Assembly (NCBI RefSeq): GCF_001194135.2
Contig: NC_068996.1
Location: forward strand, 27,175,161 to 27,239,160
Direction of reading: 5' to 3'
Length of the DNA stretch: 64,000 nt
Origin: Octopus bimaculoides
Lineage: Eukaryota
Shown: one piece after another, positions 37,605 through 50,199 of the stretch
Layout of the letters: each line of letters starts with the position of its first letter
Position numbering within the stretch: position 1 is the first letter of the stretch
Position numbers and translations under genes: made by a program
The notes under the pieces: model-generated
What the model was told of the DNA's origin: nothing
The model's input: the letters and a program-made list of their open reading frames with translations, nothing else
The model's database searches: none

Positions 37605-38060
37605 TGCATATCAGGGTACAGGACGTTAGAAAAATGAACTACAGACAACGGAACGAACACATAGGAAAACAGATAGCCACTTGGAATTAATCCTTTGTCA
37701 GCTGCCTCTATTCTAACTAGACGTTTCGAAGATAAGGCAGAATGTACTCTAGAATAGTCTCTTCCTTAGTAGTGGATCGACCCACTAAACAGAGGATTCC
37801 AAGTTGGCAAACACAAACCAAGACAGGAAAAAATGGACAATGAAAACAACATTAAAAAGCCATACGGCCAAACGCGAATCTGGTATTGAACGCTAGTGAT
37901 AGGACGAAGCTGGACGGAGAAAAAACAGTTCGTCTCGCCTTCATAGTGGCTCTGAATAATAACTAAGTTAAACTCCTGCTGCTGCGTGATCCAGCAGATG
38001 GAGTATTCATACAGTTTAGGGCTATTGCATTGAATGAAATAAAAATTGGAAGGTATTCCA
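37605..38060 (-). mobile_element. PLE-type terminal-repeat element carrying a hammerhead motif
   Basis: CpG-rich island within an AT-rich intron; contains the motif at 37716-37773; boundaries approximate. Confidence 0.5.
37716..37773 (-). ncRNA. Minimal hammerhead motif with GUC triplet and one core substitution
   Basis: Minus strand reads ACTA-CTAAGGA-AGAG...CTTC-GAAA-CGTC-TAGT; core G5 is replaced by A. Confidence 0.55.
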
Positions 38061-39037
38061 ATTAATACCAATTTTAGTTAGTCTTTCATCTTACTCTTAG
38101 GTCTTAGAGCTTTCAGTGCTGTCAGTACAATGTGCAGCAAGCTGTCTCCAAACATCCCAATTGTTTGCTTTCCTTTTTACTCAACTTAGGTTGATGTCCA
38201 TCACTATTATGTTGTCCTGGAATGTATTGTGCTACATCTTCCTTGATCTTTCACTCTGTCTTTTTCCTCCTTTTGGTGTCTACCCCATTGTGATGGTAGC
38301 ATGTCTTTCCTGCGGTAACCAAAGTACATGGTCAGTAAACAGTATCCATTACTTAATCCATGTTCTGTATTCTTTCATACTATGTAAGGCAGATTTTGAA
38401 GAGAAGATGCATGTCATTGATGAGGTCACAAATAGTGACAAAAGGACTTTGATAAACAAACAGCTGATTGATTGTTTAACCAACAGATTAAACAAAAGAT
38501 TGATTAGATATTTAACCGGCCAACTGATTGACTCACAATAAAGAAGTGATATTGAACCATGAATGTGTTATTTTGGCATAAGCCCCCCCCCCAATCCAAA
38601 ACACTACAAGATTTGTTTCAACACACAAATTCACATGAAGAATCTGCAAGCCAAATACAAAAATGAAGTGCACCACTGTCTCATATCTTTGTTGCTTACT
38701 CCTCCTTCGATGACCCTCCCCCATCTCCTTATCACTCATAGCCTTCCATCTCTCATCTCTCCCATTTCTGCCCTCACCCTTCTCTAGGCTCGCCAATGAG
38801 GGGTTATGTTGGATACCTGCCACATATATTCTACCACACAATATAGCTTCACCCTACCAGCCAGCACTCTCTTATTGCCAACTAATGCCTACTTTGTCCC
38901 TTTATCCCATCATCAACTCTTAACATTTGTTCACCTCTTCTATTGCCAATTATTCCTCTATTGACTCCACCACTAAATATCCCTATCTTTACCCATCATA
39001 CTCTTGCTCTTTCTAACTTCTCACCCATTCTGGGTTT

Positions 39038-39039
<2 letters not shown>

Positions 39040-39121
<82 letters not shown>
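39040..39121. repeat. (CT)n microsatellite, about 40 units
   Basis: Direct reading. Confidence 0.95.
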
Positions 39122-39122
<1 letters not shown>

Positions 39123-39288
39123 ATGTCATACCCTAAGTTACTGAACACTCTCTTCACTTGGACTCCTATCCCCACACACCCTCGACTATTTCTGGTCTTT
39201 CTTCTGTCGTGTGTAAATTGTCTAGCAATAGGAAGTGCATCTAGCTGCAGAAATCAAGTAAATGTAAGTGATAGTGATTATGTATATT

Positions 39289-39383
39289 TATTGTTATACT
39301 TGGGGATGGTAATCTGTTACCGAATAAACACACGCAGCTTGTCTTTAATAGGCAAGAGATGACCATCCCCAAGTATGACAATA
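39289..39383. repeat. 95-bp inverted-repeat element (27-bp arms, 2 mismatches)
   Basis: TATTGTTATACTTGGGGATGGTAATCT / AGATGACCATCCCCAAGTATGACAATA. Confidence 0.75.
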
Positions 39384-39756
39384 TCTCTTTCAGCACACGA
39401 TTTCACATCAATAATCTTGCAAACTTTGTGTGTTCAGCTACCAGCACAAGCTCCGTTGCTCGTCAGACTGAGAAAAGCAAACTGTCAAAGTATCGGCCGC
39501 TCTCTGACAGGGTTTCCGCTGCCAGGCTTCCACTGCCATAGGTTTGCCGTCGCAGTGGAAACCTCCGACATTCTTGGACCCTGCAAGTTCGAGTCCAGTG
39601 AGTCTGACTGTTCCAGCGCATCTCCCTCCCCATCTTCCGGGGCAACGCCGTTTCCATTTTGTCTGCTGGGATCATAAGGCGGTCTGAATTACAGGAACTC
39701 AAGAGAATGTAAGAATTTCGTAGTTTACTACTTGAACAATAAACTTATACAATACA

Positions 39757-40155
39757 GTGGCTGTGTGGTAAGTAGCTTGCTTACCAACCACATGGTTCCA
39801 GGTCTATTCCCACTGCGTAGCACCTTGGGCAAGTTTCTTCTACTAAAGCCTTGGGCCAACCAAAGCCTTGTGAGTGGATTTGGTAGACGGAAACTGAAAG
39901 AAGCCTGTCGTATATATATGTATATATATGTGTGTGCGTGTGTGTATGTTTGTGTGTCTGTGTTTGTCCCCCCAATATCGCTTGACAACCGATGCTGGTG
40001 TGTTTATGTCCCCGTCACTTAGCGGTTCGGCAAAAAGAGACCGATAGAATAAGTACTAGGTTTCCAAAGAATAAGTCCTGGAGTCCATTTGCTCAACTAA
40101 AGGTGGTGCTCCAACATGGCCGCAGTCAAATGACTGAAACAAGTAAAAGAGTAAA
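39757..40155 (+). mobile_element. SINE family A, near complete
   Basis: High similarity to the other family A copies. Confidence 0.9.
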
Positions 40156-41943
40156 GAGAGATGTGTATAAATTTTCCTACAAATATGTCAGTGTGACCTA
40201 TATCTATCCAATTATATTGATAATGATGAGAATGCATAAATGTATACAAGCGACTAAATGGGAATTAATATTTTTAATCAGGATATCAGACTAGGTTTTT
40301 TTTTTAATCTGTTTTTATTTAATTAATTGTTTTGGTTTTTTTTTTTTTTACTACAGACTAATCCAAAAGACACAGACATAGACGTTAGGTCTTAGAAGTT
40401 TGCTTTGTAAGTGTATAGTTCCCACACTGTCTCACATTTTTTGGCAATATTCTTCTAGTTCAGTCGACTGATTCCTTGTATGTTGAATTTGGTTGACAAA
40501 AACTGGGAAATACAGATGTAAAATAAATGAAAGAATTGGAAAATTCGTTAGAACATTGAATTGAATGTATTTGTTTATTTGTTTTGGCTATTTACGTTTG
40601 AGTTCAAATCCCACCAATGTTAACTTTCCCTTCCAGCCTTCTGGGAACAATAAAATAGTACTAGTAAAACACTGAGATCAATTTAATCAGCCATTCCTTT
40701 CCAATAATTTTTGGGCTTTATGCTTTGCAAGAAATTATTAGTTTTTGCTTTGATTGCTTGTTTTTTTTTGTTTTGTTTTTTTTTTTCAAAAATAATGTTT
40801 TTCATATTTATTTACAATATTCCATTTTAAATTTTATCTGAAGATAAACTATCTCTCTTACCAGGTACTGCATTCATAAACATGAACTGTACAATATCTT
40901 TGTCTAAGATGCTTATACAAGAAATTTGTTTTATATCTCATTATATGTTGGCTGATTGTTTAGATTGAGACATTCTGTTGATGCTGGCTGTTTTGATGAA
41001 TAGACACAGTCTTTTGATATTGAGTGGATAAAAATATGCACTCTGTAAATGTTGACTTGATATATAGATATGGTGTGTAGATGTTTAACAGGATATATAG
41101 ACATAAGGTCCAAGCAAAACCTCACCCTGGACTATGTGAATGAGAGGAAGATAATGTAAGAATTTCTGAATGGCATAGGACACAGTACCAGGTTGTAGTA
41201 AAAAGAACTTTAAATGAACCTCAATACTTAATGAGGTTTTCAGTATTGTGTTTGTTTTCATTTTTTAGAGATACAGTATGATACTCTTTTTATTATACTC
41301 ATTTTTGTGATTGGGGTTATCATATAATTAATGTAATATTTTACATCTCAGAGAAGTGTTCATAAACTACAAATTATAAGAATAAGAAAATTATTATTTA
41401 AAAATTTATTGGTGTTTTGTCTTCAGGGGTGGAGGTGGGGGTTCTGAAATCTGGAAAAAATGCCACAGGAAAAAATTCCACAGTAAACTATCCTAGTACA
41501 CAGTGTGTAGATTCAAACAATAAAAATGATGAATACATTTTGGTGGTAGAGTGAATGTAAAATTGTAATTTTCCATGTCTATTCTAATTTTGGAAAAAAG
41601 TTAAACATTGACTCCATTTTTGTCCTACACTCTTATAGACCCTGTGGTTATTAAAGAGATGGATAGAAATAGTATGTAGATACTGACTAGATAGATGGAC
41701 ATTGAATATAGATGCAAACAGGATATATCTTACATATGTTTTTCTGAACAGATACTTAACTAGATACATACCCACCCACACTCCAAAATCACAATACATA
41801 TTGATCAGCCACATATCTTGTGAGTCTCAGAATTTACAAAATTAGCCAAGGTATGCAAAAAGGAAAGAAATGGAAAAAGATATTTTGTTAATACCTTTTC
41901 AGGTTCTGAAATTGCTTTTTTTTTTTTGCTTTTTTTTATATAG

Positions 41944-42095
41944 TCAACCAACAACAGAATTTGTTCCCGAAGTTCCTATGAATACTACGCTGACAACCAG
42001 CGATCCAAAGCTTTTTGAAGATTCTAATGTCTTTCAGTCAAAAGCAGAACCAAAAGAACCACTTCCCACCTTTTCATTAGGTGATCAGTCTAATG
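41944..42095 (+). CDS. OCIAD1: OCIAD1 coding exon 6 (S-QPTTEFVPEV...SLGDQSN), low-complexity linker
   Basis: Long poly-T tract and tag| acceptor, donor AATG|gtaaaa; 152 nt, phase 2-1; links exon 5 and exon 7 in frame. Confidence 0.8.
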
Positions 42096-42690
42096 GTAAA
42101 ATATATTATTACATTTTTATTTTACTTTTTTTTTTCGAATGTCAGAACGAAGAACTACGATGCATTCTCATCGGCTATCTTTATATACACATTACGTATA
42201 CATCATCATTATCATCATCTTAACTCCCACTTTTCCATGCTTGCATGGCTGATAAAACTTGTTGAGATTAGATTTTCTGTGACCAGAAGGTTTTTCTGTT
42301 GCCATCCCTCACCTGTTTCCAAGCAAAGCAAAATATTTCCCCTTGTAACTTCAAGCATTGAACAGTTCATTTGTACACAAATGACACTGAATGGAAACTT
42401 TTGTTTTAATCAGCATGCAAACATCAAGGCAAGAAGACACAAATGCACACACACGTGTGTGTGTGTGTATGTATGCCGTAACATCTGCAAATCTAATGGA
42501 GGCCTCAAAAGACATTTTAAGATCTACTAAGATTGAACTTAACTGCAGCTCTTGGTGGTCCAAAGCAGATATGCAATTTATGTAAGTGTCTTTTCAAAAC
42601 ATTGGTTTAAAAAGCCACATCGGATGCCATGATAGATCTAAGGTGTAGGTACAAGAAGTGGTCAGACTCTGCATAAGGAGTAGACAACCA

Positions 42691-42761
<71 letters not shown>

Positions 42762-42775
42762 TATATATATATATA

Positions 42776-43119
42776 TGTAGTGAAACTAACACCTCGATCG
42801 CCATTACATACAAAACTACCTATCGCCATTAGATATAAAACTGCTATCGCCATTCTTCTCATTTAAATATAAACACACGCGAGCATAGCAGAGAACCCAT
42901 CTCCTTGTCATCACGTGACTGATTAATATTCGAAGCGGCAACTTCTTTGAACCGTTCCCGCCAGAACGCAAACTGACCAATCACGGCCCTTAATAAGGTC
43001 ACGTGATAGAGTATTTGTCTGAAGCCTTCGGGAGCCGATAGTTTGTTATAAATAGCTTTAACACGGCGGCCAAATTCGTCTCGGTTCAGTTTCTCTTAGA
43101 GACTGTTCCGCGTACCACA
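42776..43119 (+). mobile_element. Short LTR copy (U3 part of the 53680-54711 family), 344 bp
   Basis: TGTAGTGAAAC...TACCACA, TATA flanks; shares cgccagaacgcaaactgaccaa, taataaggtcacgtgata and TATAAATA with 53680-53993. Confidence 0.8.
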
Positions 43120-43284
43120 TATATATAATATGACAAACTTCATACAGTTTCTGTCTGCCAATTTCGTTCATAAATCAGCAGTTGTGGTGGAAGGTACTAG
43201 TTTGATAGTGGATCAAACCTTCAACAATGTGGTTCCTAAGCAATGTTCCTAGCCACACACCCATACCTGCATCTTATATGTCTG

Positions 43285-43710
43285 TGTTTGTGCATACACA
43301 CATGGAGGCAAAGTGGCTGAGTTCCCTTTCAAATGATGGGCCTCACAGAGGGAAGGTGGCTCAGTTCTTTTCAAGCACTGGGCCTCACGAAGGTAAAGTG
43401 GCTGAGTTCATTTCGAGCTTTTGACCTCATGGAATCAATTACCAAGACCTTTGGCATTAAGTCGTACTTGAGAAAAAGACCCATTAAGCCGAGCAGATAC
43501 CAGTGTCATGCAAATGGCACCTGTGCCGGTGGCATGTAAAAGCACCCATTTACACTCTCAGAGTGGTTGGCATAAGGAAGGGCATCCAGCCTTAGAAAAC
43601 CATACCAAATCAGATTGGAGTTTGGTGCAGCCTTCCAGTGTGCCAGCCCAGTCAAACCGTCCAACCCATCCCAGCATGGACAACAGACGTTAAATAATGA
43701 TGATGATGAT
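43285..43710 (+). mobile_element. RTE-tail element with ~40-bp tandem subrepeats
   Basis: gggcctcac-gaggcaaagtggctgagttc occurs about three times, then the RTE tail and (GAT)n. Confidence 0.75.
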
Positions 43711-43948
43711 ATATATATGCATATGTGTGTGTTTATGTGGGTATGTCTATTTTTACTCTATAAAACTACTATTGTGTTCCTTTATGCCCCATAGCTTAGC
43801 AGTTCAGCAGTTACAGATCAATGAAACAAGCTGTGAGGTTGATATGATTGATTTCAAGGTGAACCCCCATCATGGCTGTAGTCCAGTGGTTGAAGCCAGT
43901 GAAAGAATAAAAAACAATTAAAATGACTTCATAGTTTTTCTCATTCAG

Positions 43949-44134
43949 ATGCACAAAATCAAGAATATAAATCATATGAAGACCTCCGACGCCAGAATAG
44001 GAAGTCATATACAGAAAGCCAATATTCAAGATGGACAAAACCTCCATCATCACCGCCACCTTCTGCTCCTGAGTCTAGACAAGAACAAGATAATATACCT
44101 ATTAGAGAACCAAGATCTTCACCAAATAATCCAG
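43949..44134 (+). CDS. OCIAD1: OCIAD1 coding exon 7 (D-AQNQEYKSYEDLRRQNRKSY...SPNNP)
   Basis: Acceptor ttttctcattcag|, donor CAG|gtaatt; 186 nt, phase 1-1; YEDLRRQNR motif typical of OCIAD1. Confidence 0.9.
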
Positions 44135-45857
44135 GTAATTATTATTATTTTTATTATTTTTTAATTGCTTAGTCAGAGGAAGAGGCTAACTGGTTGTGGA
44201 TCAAACACTGCACTGTGATTGCCTCTGAATACAGTTTAAGGGAAAAGTCTCTCTTTCCTCTGACTGTTCTCTGCCAGCCCTTGCCAGTGGAGCTTGGTAA
44301 CAGATAACTAAGAGAGAAAGAAAGTAACCAGCAAAGACTTTATTTCTTTATTCCAAATTACTACTCAACTTTATGAATTACAACGGAGAGAAAGAAGAGT
44401 AGTGCTAATAATTTTTCCCAATACTGCTGTGACTGGTGCGAAGAAAGTAGTTATCCTCAGACCAGAGACCTGGTCCAAATACAGGATGAGATGTCACTGT
44501 GACAATGGGTATTGGATTAAGTCTTTCACTCTTGAACAGAAACAGCCTCTTTCTGTGAGCTTCCACAAAGTTTCTGTCTATCAAATTTCATTCTTGATAT
44601 CAGCCTGGAGCTGTGGTTGGAAACATTTACACAGTTTGTCCTGCAGAAGGATTGAACCTGAAACCATTTAGTGGTGAAGCAAACTTCTTAGCCACTCTGT
44701 CATACCTGCTTTTTGAAGAACAGAAAGTTTATACAAAATATAGTGAGGAAATACATGGTGCATGAAGTTTGCTGTAACATGTTGGTATTTCTACAGGAAA
44801 TTAACTGTAACCTCATAATTAGTGTGTGTCTTGTGTATCAGCAAAGAAAAACTGCACTAATGGTCATTATTTTTATTTTTCTCATTTAGCATCATAAATG
44901 ACAGAATCATTATATCTATATATGGTTGAAATAAGATGAAGAAAAGAATTCAGTATGGATAGTTTAAGCTCTCACAGAATATTTTTTGGACTCAGTACTA
45001 GTTCAGTTTCATATTAGCGTAATTGAATCTTGTTTAGAGTAATATCTGCTGCAAGTTGGTCTTCTTGTAAAGTTTAATCTGTAAATGGGAAACCAATGGT
45101 AGTTTTACTCACAAGGCTTTAACCAACCTAATAATCAAACTTTGTTTTAGTACTGGGTCTGGAAGATGAAGCAGTATCCATAGACTGCTAGAAACAGTGA
45201 GATTGATGCCATTAATGTTCCTCTTGAAACCTTTACAAGTCAACACCTGCAGGAAGTGAATTCCAGAGGGAAATCTGGCGGGGGGGGGGGGTTATAGTGA
45301 TTAATGCAGGTGGAGGGTCAAGACAACAAGAGTGATGAGAGAAGTGAATGGCTTGAGTGGAGTTTGCATAAGCCATTTAGTAATGGTAGAAAAAGCAGAA
45401 AGAGGAGACAGCACACCTCTGGGCTAGAGGTTAGAGCAAAACTATGAGTGATTTTATTCCAGTCTGTCTGGTAGTGCTTCACTGGATGCAGTCCATCTTA
45501 TCTTTCTGTGCAGGAGTAGCACTATCCAACATGTGAGAAGTATGGAACTAAATAAACCCTTGCCAAAGTGCCACTATGTAGTGGAATTGAACTCATAACT
45601 ACATACTTGGATGGTAAACTTTTAAACCACACATTTATGCCTGTATCTTTAGATTGGATCCATTATGTGACTAATACTAATTTACACACATAATTTTTTT
45701 TCTTTTTTCTTCTTATATCAAGCACACCCAGGTACCCATCTACAACACTTAAAAAAGGGTTATTAGTACTGCCTCTTCTCATACGCACAAGATGCACAGT
45801 AATGATATTAAAGCCCTGGGTTGCTGTTCAAACTTCACAATATTACAGCCAGTATTA

Positions 45858-46070
45858 AGGTGGCAAATTGGTAGAATTACTAGCACACCAGGCAAAATGC
45901 TTAGCATTTCGTCCATCTTCACATTCTGAGTTCAAATTCTCCCAGGTCAACTTTGCCTTTCATCCTTTCAGATTCAATAAAATAAGTACCAGCTGAGCAC
46001 TCGGGTCGATGTGATTGATTTACTCTTCCCCTGAAATTGCTGGCTTTGTGCCAAAATTTTAAATCAATAT
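45858..46070 (+). mobile_element. SINE family B
   Basis: Family B head and central domain. Confidence 0.8.
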
Positions 46071-46714
46071 TAGTCTGTAGAGAGAAGGTAGATAACTCCG
46101 CTTGCTTAAACTTCACATTGCTTAGAGTGGAGAATGAGACTATTAGAAACTCTAGTTTGTGAAGTCTTTAATCAGAGGCAGCGATGGATAGCAACAGATT
46201 ATCAATTTGAGATCTTAGACATAAAGAGGAGAAAATAATAAATGAAATTAAAACTTTATTGCTTTTTGTAATAAAAGTTGTAATAAATACTTTAATTCCT
46301 ACATTTACATGATTTACTTTTGAAAATTTAAAAAAAAATTATACTTGTAAGGGTACCTGAACTTTGCTTGCTTGGGGTACCATCAAACATAGGGGTTCGA
46401 TTCTACTTTTAGTTATATATTGTTGATGAATAGAAAAAACACAGTGTTTGATGTGTGTTTTTGATTTGTGTGGTACCAAGTTTATAGTGCTGTTGAACAA
46501 AACTACTGAAACAATACTAATATAATATTGGTATTTATTTTATATTCTAAAGATTAAAGTTTATCTATGCAGATTTTTTCTTTGTGTGTGTGCAATTCAG
46601 AATGTAATAAAGATAAATTTAAACACTATAAAACATCTTTTTATGCATTAATCAACCACTAACATCGTTGTCACAACATTCTTAATTATTTATTTATATT
46701 TGTTTTGCTTTCAG

Positions 46715-46758
46715 TTAAATCTAAAAACCAATATGGTGATGTATGGGAAGAAGAATAA
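46715..46758 (+). CDS. OCIAD1: OCIAD1 last coding exon (V-KSKNQYGDVWEEE*)
   Basis: Acceptor ttttgctttcag|, stop TAA at 46756-46758; matches the conserved N-x-YGD-x-W terminus. Confidence 0.92.
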
Positions 46759-46899
46759 TTTCCTTTAATACAGTGAGCAAATTGTTTCTTTGCATTGCTA
46801 GATTAGTTGTGCTTGAATTTCAAGTTGAAGGGGTTTTCTGTAAATGGATGGAAATAATTCCCCTCTTGGTTATTGGACTGACTGGAATTGTTTTGGTAT

Positions 46900-46905
46900 A
46901 ATAAA
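46900..46905 (+). terminator. Candidate polyadenylation signal of OCIAD1
   Basis: AATAAA ~140 nt after the stop, followed by T/GT-rich sequence; more distal sites are possible. Confidence 0.4.
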
Positions 46906-49900
46906 TACATTAATGAACAGTTTTGTTCATCATTCCATGTTACCTTTTTAACTTGGTAGTCTTTTTTATTTTATATTTTTATTTTTGCCCAAAATATTTG
47001 GGAAGTTTTTTGTTGCTTCACACATACATACACACACACATATTGAAGCAGAATTAGCTGTAATGTTAAGGTGTTTGACTATTGATCACATAGTTCTATG
47101 TTCAGATCTTGTCAATTGATATCAGTGCTTGCTGTATTCTTTAACTAGATACCTAACTCTGGTTTCTCCAGTTTTCCTGACTGACAAATAATTACTTGTT
47201 TGCTACTGCATAGATGTCTGTTTAGTGGAAGAAGTTAGGGGCACCATCTACTGTTAAAGATATTTACTTCCACAAGTAAACCACCTCACCTATGAGATCA
47301 CGGTTAAATGGATGTAAAGCAATAAGAAAAATCACTGCTATGAATGGGTGATTCAGTAAATTAGATATTTGTATAAAAATAGTCAGTTCAGCCTTCACAG
47401 TTACATCATCATGGGTATGGCATAACAAGATGTATTTTATTGTCTCACCAGCACTGAAGAGTTCTCCTTTCTCTCTGTATTAGTTTTTATTAAGATTTAA
47501 TGCCTTCCTAAATGGGTTGTGTTGTAAAATGCATACCTACATAACCATGCCTATGCTTAACTATAAATATCAAAGATATGTTCTGAAAAGTAAGCCCATC
47601 ACCCCATCCACATTCTTTGTCACTTTTCTATTCTAGCATGAGTTAGAAAGTGCTATTCTAGTAAAGTATCTTATGACATGAAATAGTACTTCATTTGATT
47701 ACATATAACAAAGAAAACTATCAATCTTTGTTTTTTAGGTGGCATGGTTTTTATGGCTGCATACCCTTGTTATTGCCAGCCACTTTATAGCATAGCATGA
47801 TGTATGTTATTGTGCTATTAGCACACAAAAGAAGTTGTCTTCACCAGCACTGAAGGGTCCTTCCCTCTCAGTATTTTATCAAGGATTACTACCACCATAG
47901 ATGGGTTGAATTTACTGCAGTTTGTTGAGTTCATGTGTGCTCTGTGTGATTATAGCAATACCATCTTTGTATATTGTTGAGTTACTTAAGAATACTTAAC
48001 TACAAAGATGGGTTGATATTACTATGGTTGAGAAGCCATGTCTCTTGATGGAAGTGTCAGATTAGTGCTAACTGAAGTAAAATGTTTAAGTTTGTACAAC
48101 AGTTAGTGGAAGAGAGCTTACAGTGGTATCTGAAGTGATGGAAATGAGGCTGTATCAAGAATGGAGACAGAAAAATATTTACCTACCAAAGGAGCTTGTC
48201 CTGGTCAGCTTAAAGGTAACTGGGCCAAACAGTCAGATATATGTCCAGCAGGTAGACATTTTGCAGCTTGTTGATGAAGAAGAGTGCAAAACCGGTCATT
48301 TATTGCACAAAGAATGCTCTTAGATTTAATACAGGCTAACACTATATGCTTAGTTAAAAGAGGGAGAGAGAGAAAAGTGAAAATTCTTCATGCATTTCAA
48401 TTAATATGAAATGAAAAAAATAAAGGACACTTAGCTTTCCAGGTATACACAATGAACAGCATACTTAAATGAAACTTTGTCTATGTTGGATAGGTTATGT
48501 TAAAGCCAAAGTAGATACCCTTAAAGCTTTAGTAGACACTCTTAATACTTCCCTTCCCCATTATATCACTCTGGAACTCTGTGTCTGAACTATGATTTTT
48601 TTTAACTGAACCACTGACCTTGAAGAATATTAAATGTATTATTCTTATCCGTCTTGGGAAAGGTCATAGACAGTGACCTTCCCCTATAAATAAAATTGAT
48701 TACAAATTGATCCAATTTTGTTGTGCAAAGAATTTCGCCAACAGTTACTATTTCTATCAAGTCAAGGAGCTACTTAGAGGCATCCTAGATGACACAGAGT
48801 AAAAGTTTTTTTCTCTGATAAAATGTAAAGAATGCATTGTAAGTGAGAGGTATCAACAGTCTCAACAAAACCAACATTGAATGAATTGGGTTCACACCTG
48901 CTATGTAGCACTTTGGGTAAGTGTCTTCTAATATAGCTCCAGGCCAACCAAAACCTTGTGAGTGGATCTGGTAGACAAAACCGAAAGAAGATTGTCTTAT
49001 GCATGTGTGTGTTGTGTTGTGTCTCTCACCTCTGCTTCTCAACTAGCGTTGGTTTATTTACATCCCCAAAAGACCAATAGAATAAATCCCCGGCTTAAAA
49101 AATATAAGCGCTGGGATTGATTTGTTTGACTAAACATTGCAAGGCAGTTTCCTAGTATGGTTGCTGTTCAATGATTGAAACAAATCATTGAAAAGAAGAT
49201 AAAAAGGTATACAAATCATTTATAAGCATGTGGTAAGACGCTTACTTCCCAACCACGTGGTTCCAGGTTCAGTCCCACTGTGTGACATCTTGGGCAAGTG
49301 TCTTCTACTATAGCCTCAAGCCAACCAAAACCTTGTGAGTGGATTTGGTAGACAGAAACCATAAGAAGCTCAATGTGGTGTGTTTGTCCCTCACCAACAC
49401 TTGACAACTGGCGTTGTTGTGTTTCTGTCCCTGTAACTTAGTGGTTTGGCTAAAAAGACTGATAAAATAAGTACCAGAAGTTTCAAAAGCCAAAGTGGAA
49501 TAGCCTAATCTTCAGATCTTTGTTTAGTAGTGTAAACCCATTACCTTTTATCTTTTACTTGTTTCAATCATTGGACTGCAACCATCCTGGGGCACCGACT
49601 TGAAAGGCTTTACTCAAGTGAATCAACCTCAGTAATTATTTTTTTCAAAATTTTAAAGTTTTGTACTCATTCTACCCATCTCCTTTTCAATCAGCTAAGT
49701 TACAGGGCTGTTGACAAACCAACAGTGGTGTGGGACAAACACACACATATATGTATATTCTTAGGCACAGGTATGGCTGTGTGGTAAGGAGTTTGCTTCC
49801 CAACTACATTGTTCTAGGTTCAATCCCACTACATTCCTAACCTTGCAGGCTTGTGGTTGCTGGTGCCATGTAAAAAGTACCCATACTGGTGCCACACAAA

Positions 49901-50199
49901 CACACTTGTACCAGTGCTGCATAAAGTCACCCAGTCTGTAAAGTGATTGGCATTAGGAAGGGTATCCAGCCATAGAAACCATGCCAAGAGACACGGAGCC
50001 TGGGCAGCTCTTCAGCTGGTCAGCTTCTGTCAAACCCTCCAACCCCAGCCAGCATGAAAAACAGACATTAAATGACAATGAAATATATATATATTACGGA
50101 GATGTACTTGCATAGCAAGTGATCTGATCTGAGATCGAGTGCTGAAACAAAAACAGTTGCAGTGTGGAAGGTGTTTTATAAGCCAACAACTCTGAGGTT

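Larger units (their letters stand above)
3681..46758 (+). other. OCIAD1: OCIA domain-containing protein 1 (asrij-like) gene span; 7 visible coding exons plus 1 inferred missing exon
   Basis: Visible exons join GT-AG and in frame (747 nt, 248 aa + stop). They contain the OCIA-family motifs ELRVLHECNRESFWYRS, GYILGKLSYQNECRKK, SYEDLRRQNR and the C-terminal KNQYGDVWEEE*, recognised from OCIAD1/asrij. Confidence 0.93.

Noticed and set aside
41901-41943. Upstream ttttcAG acceptor at 41902 as the start of exon 6
   Set aside because: In the phase-2 frame it hits TGA immediately; the downstream AG has the long poly-T tract and keeps the frame.
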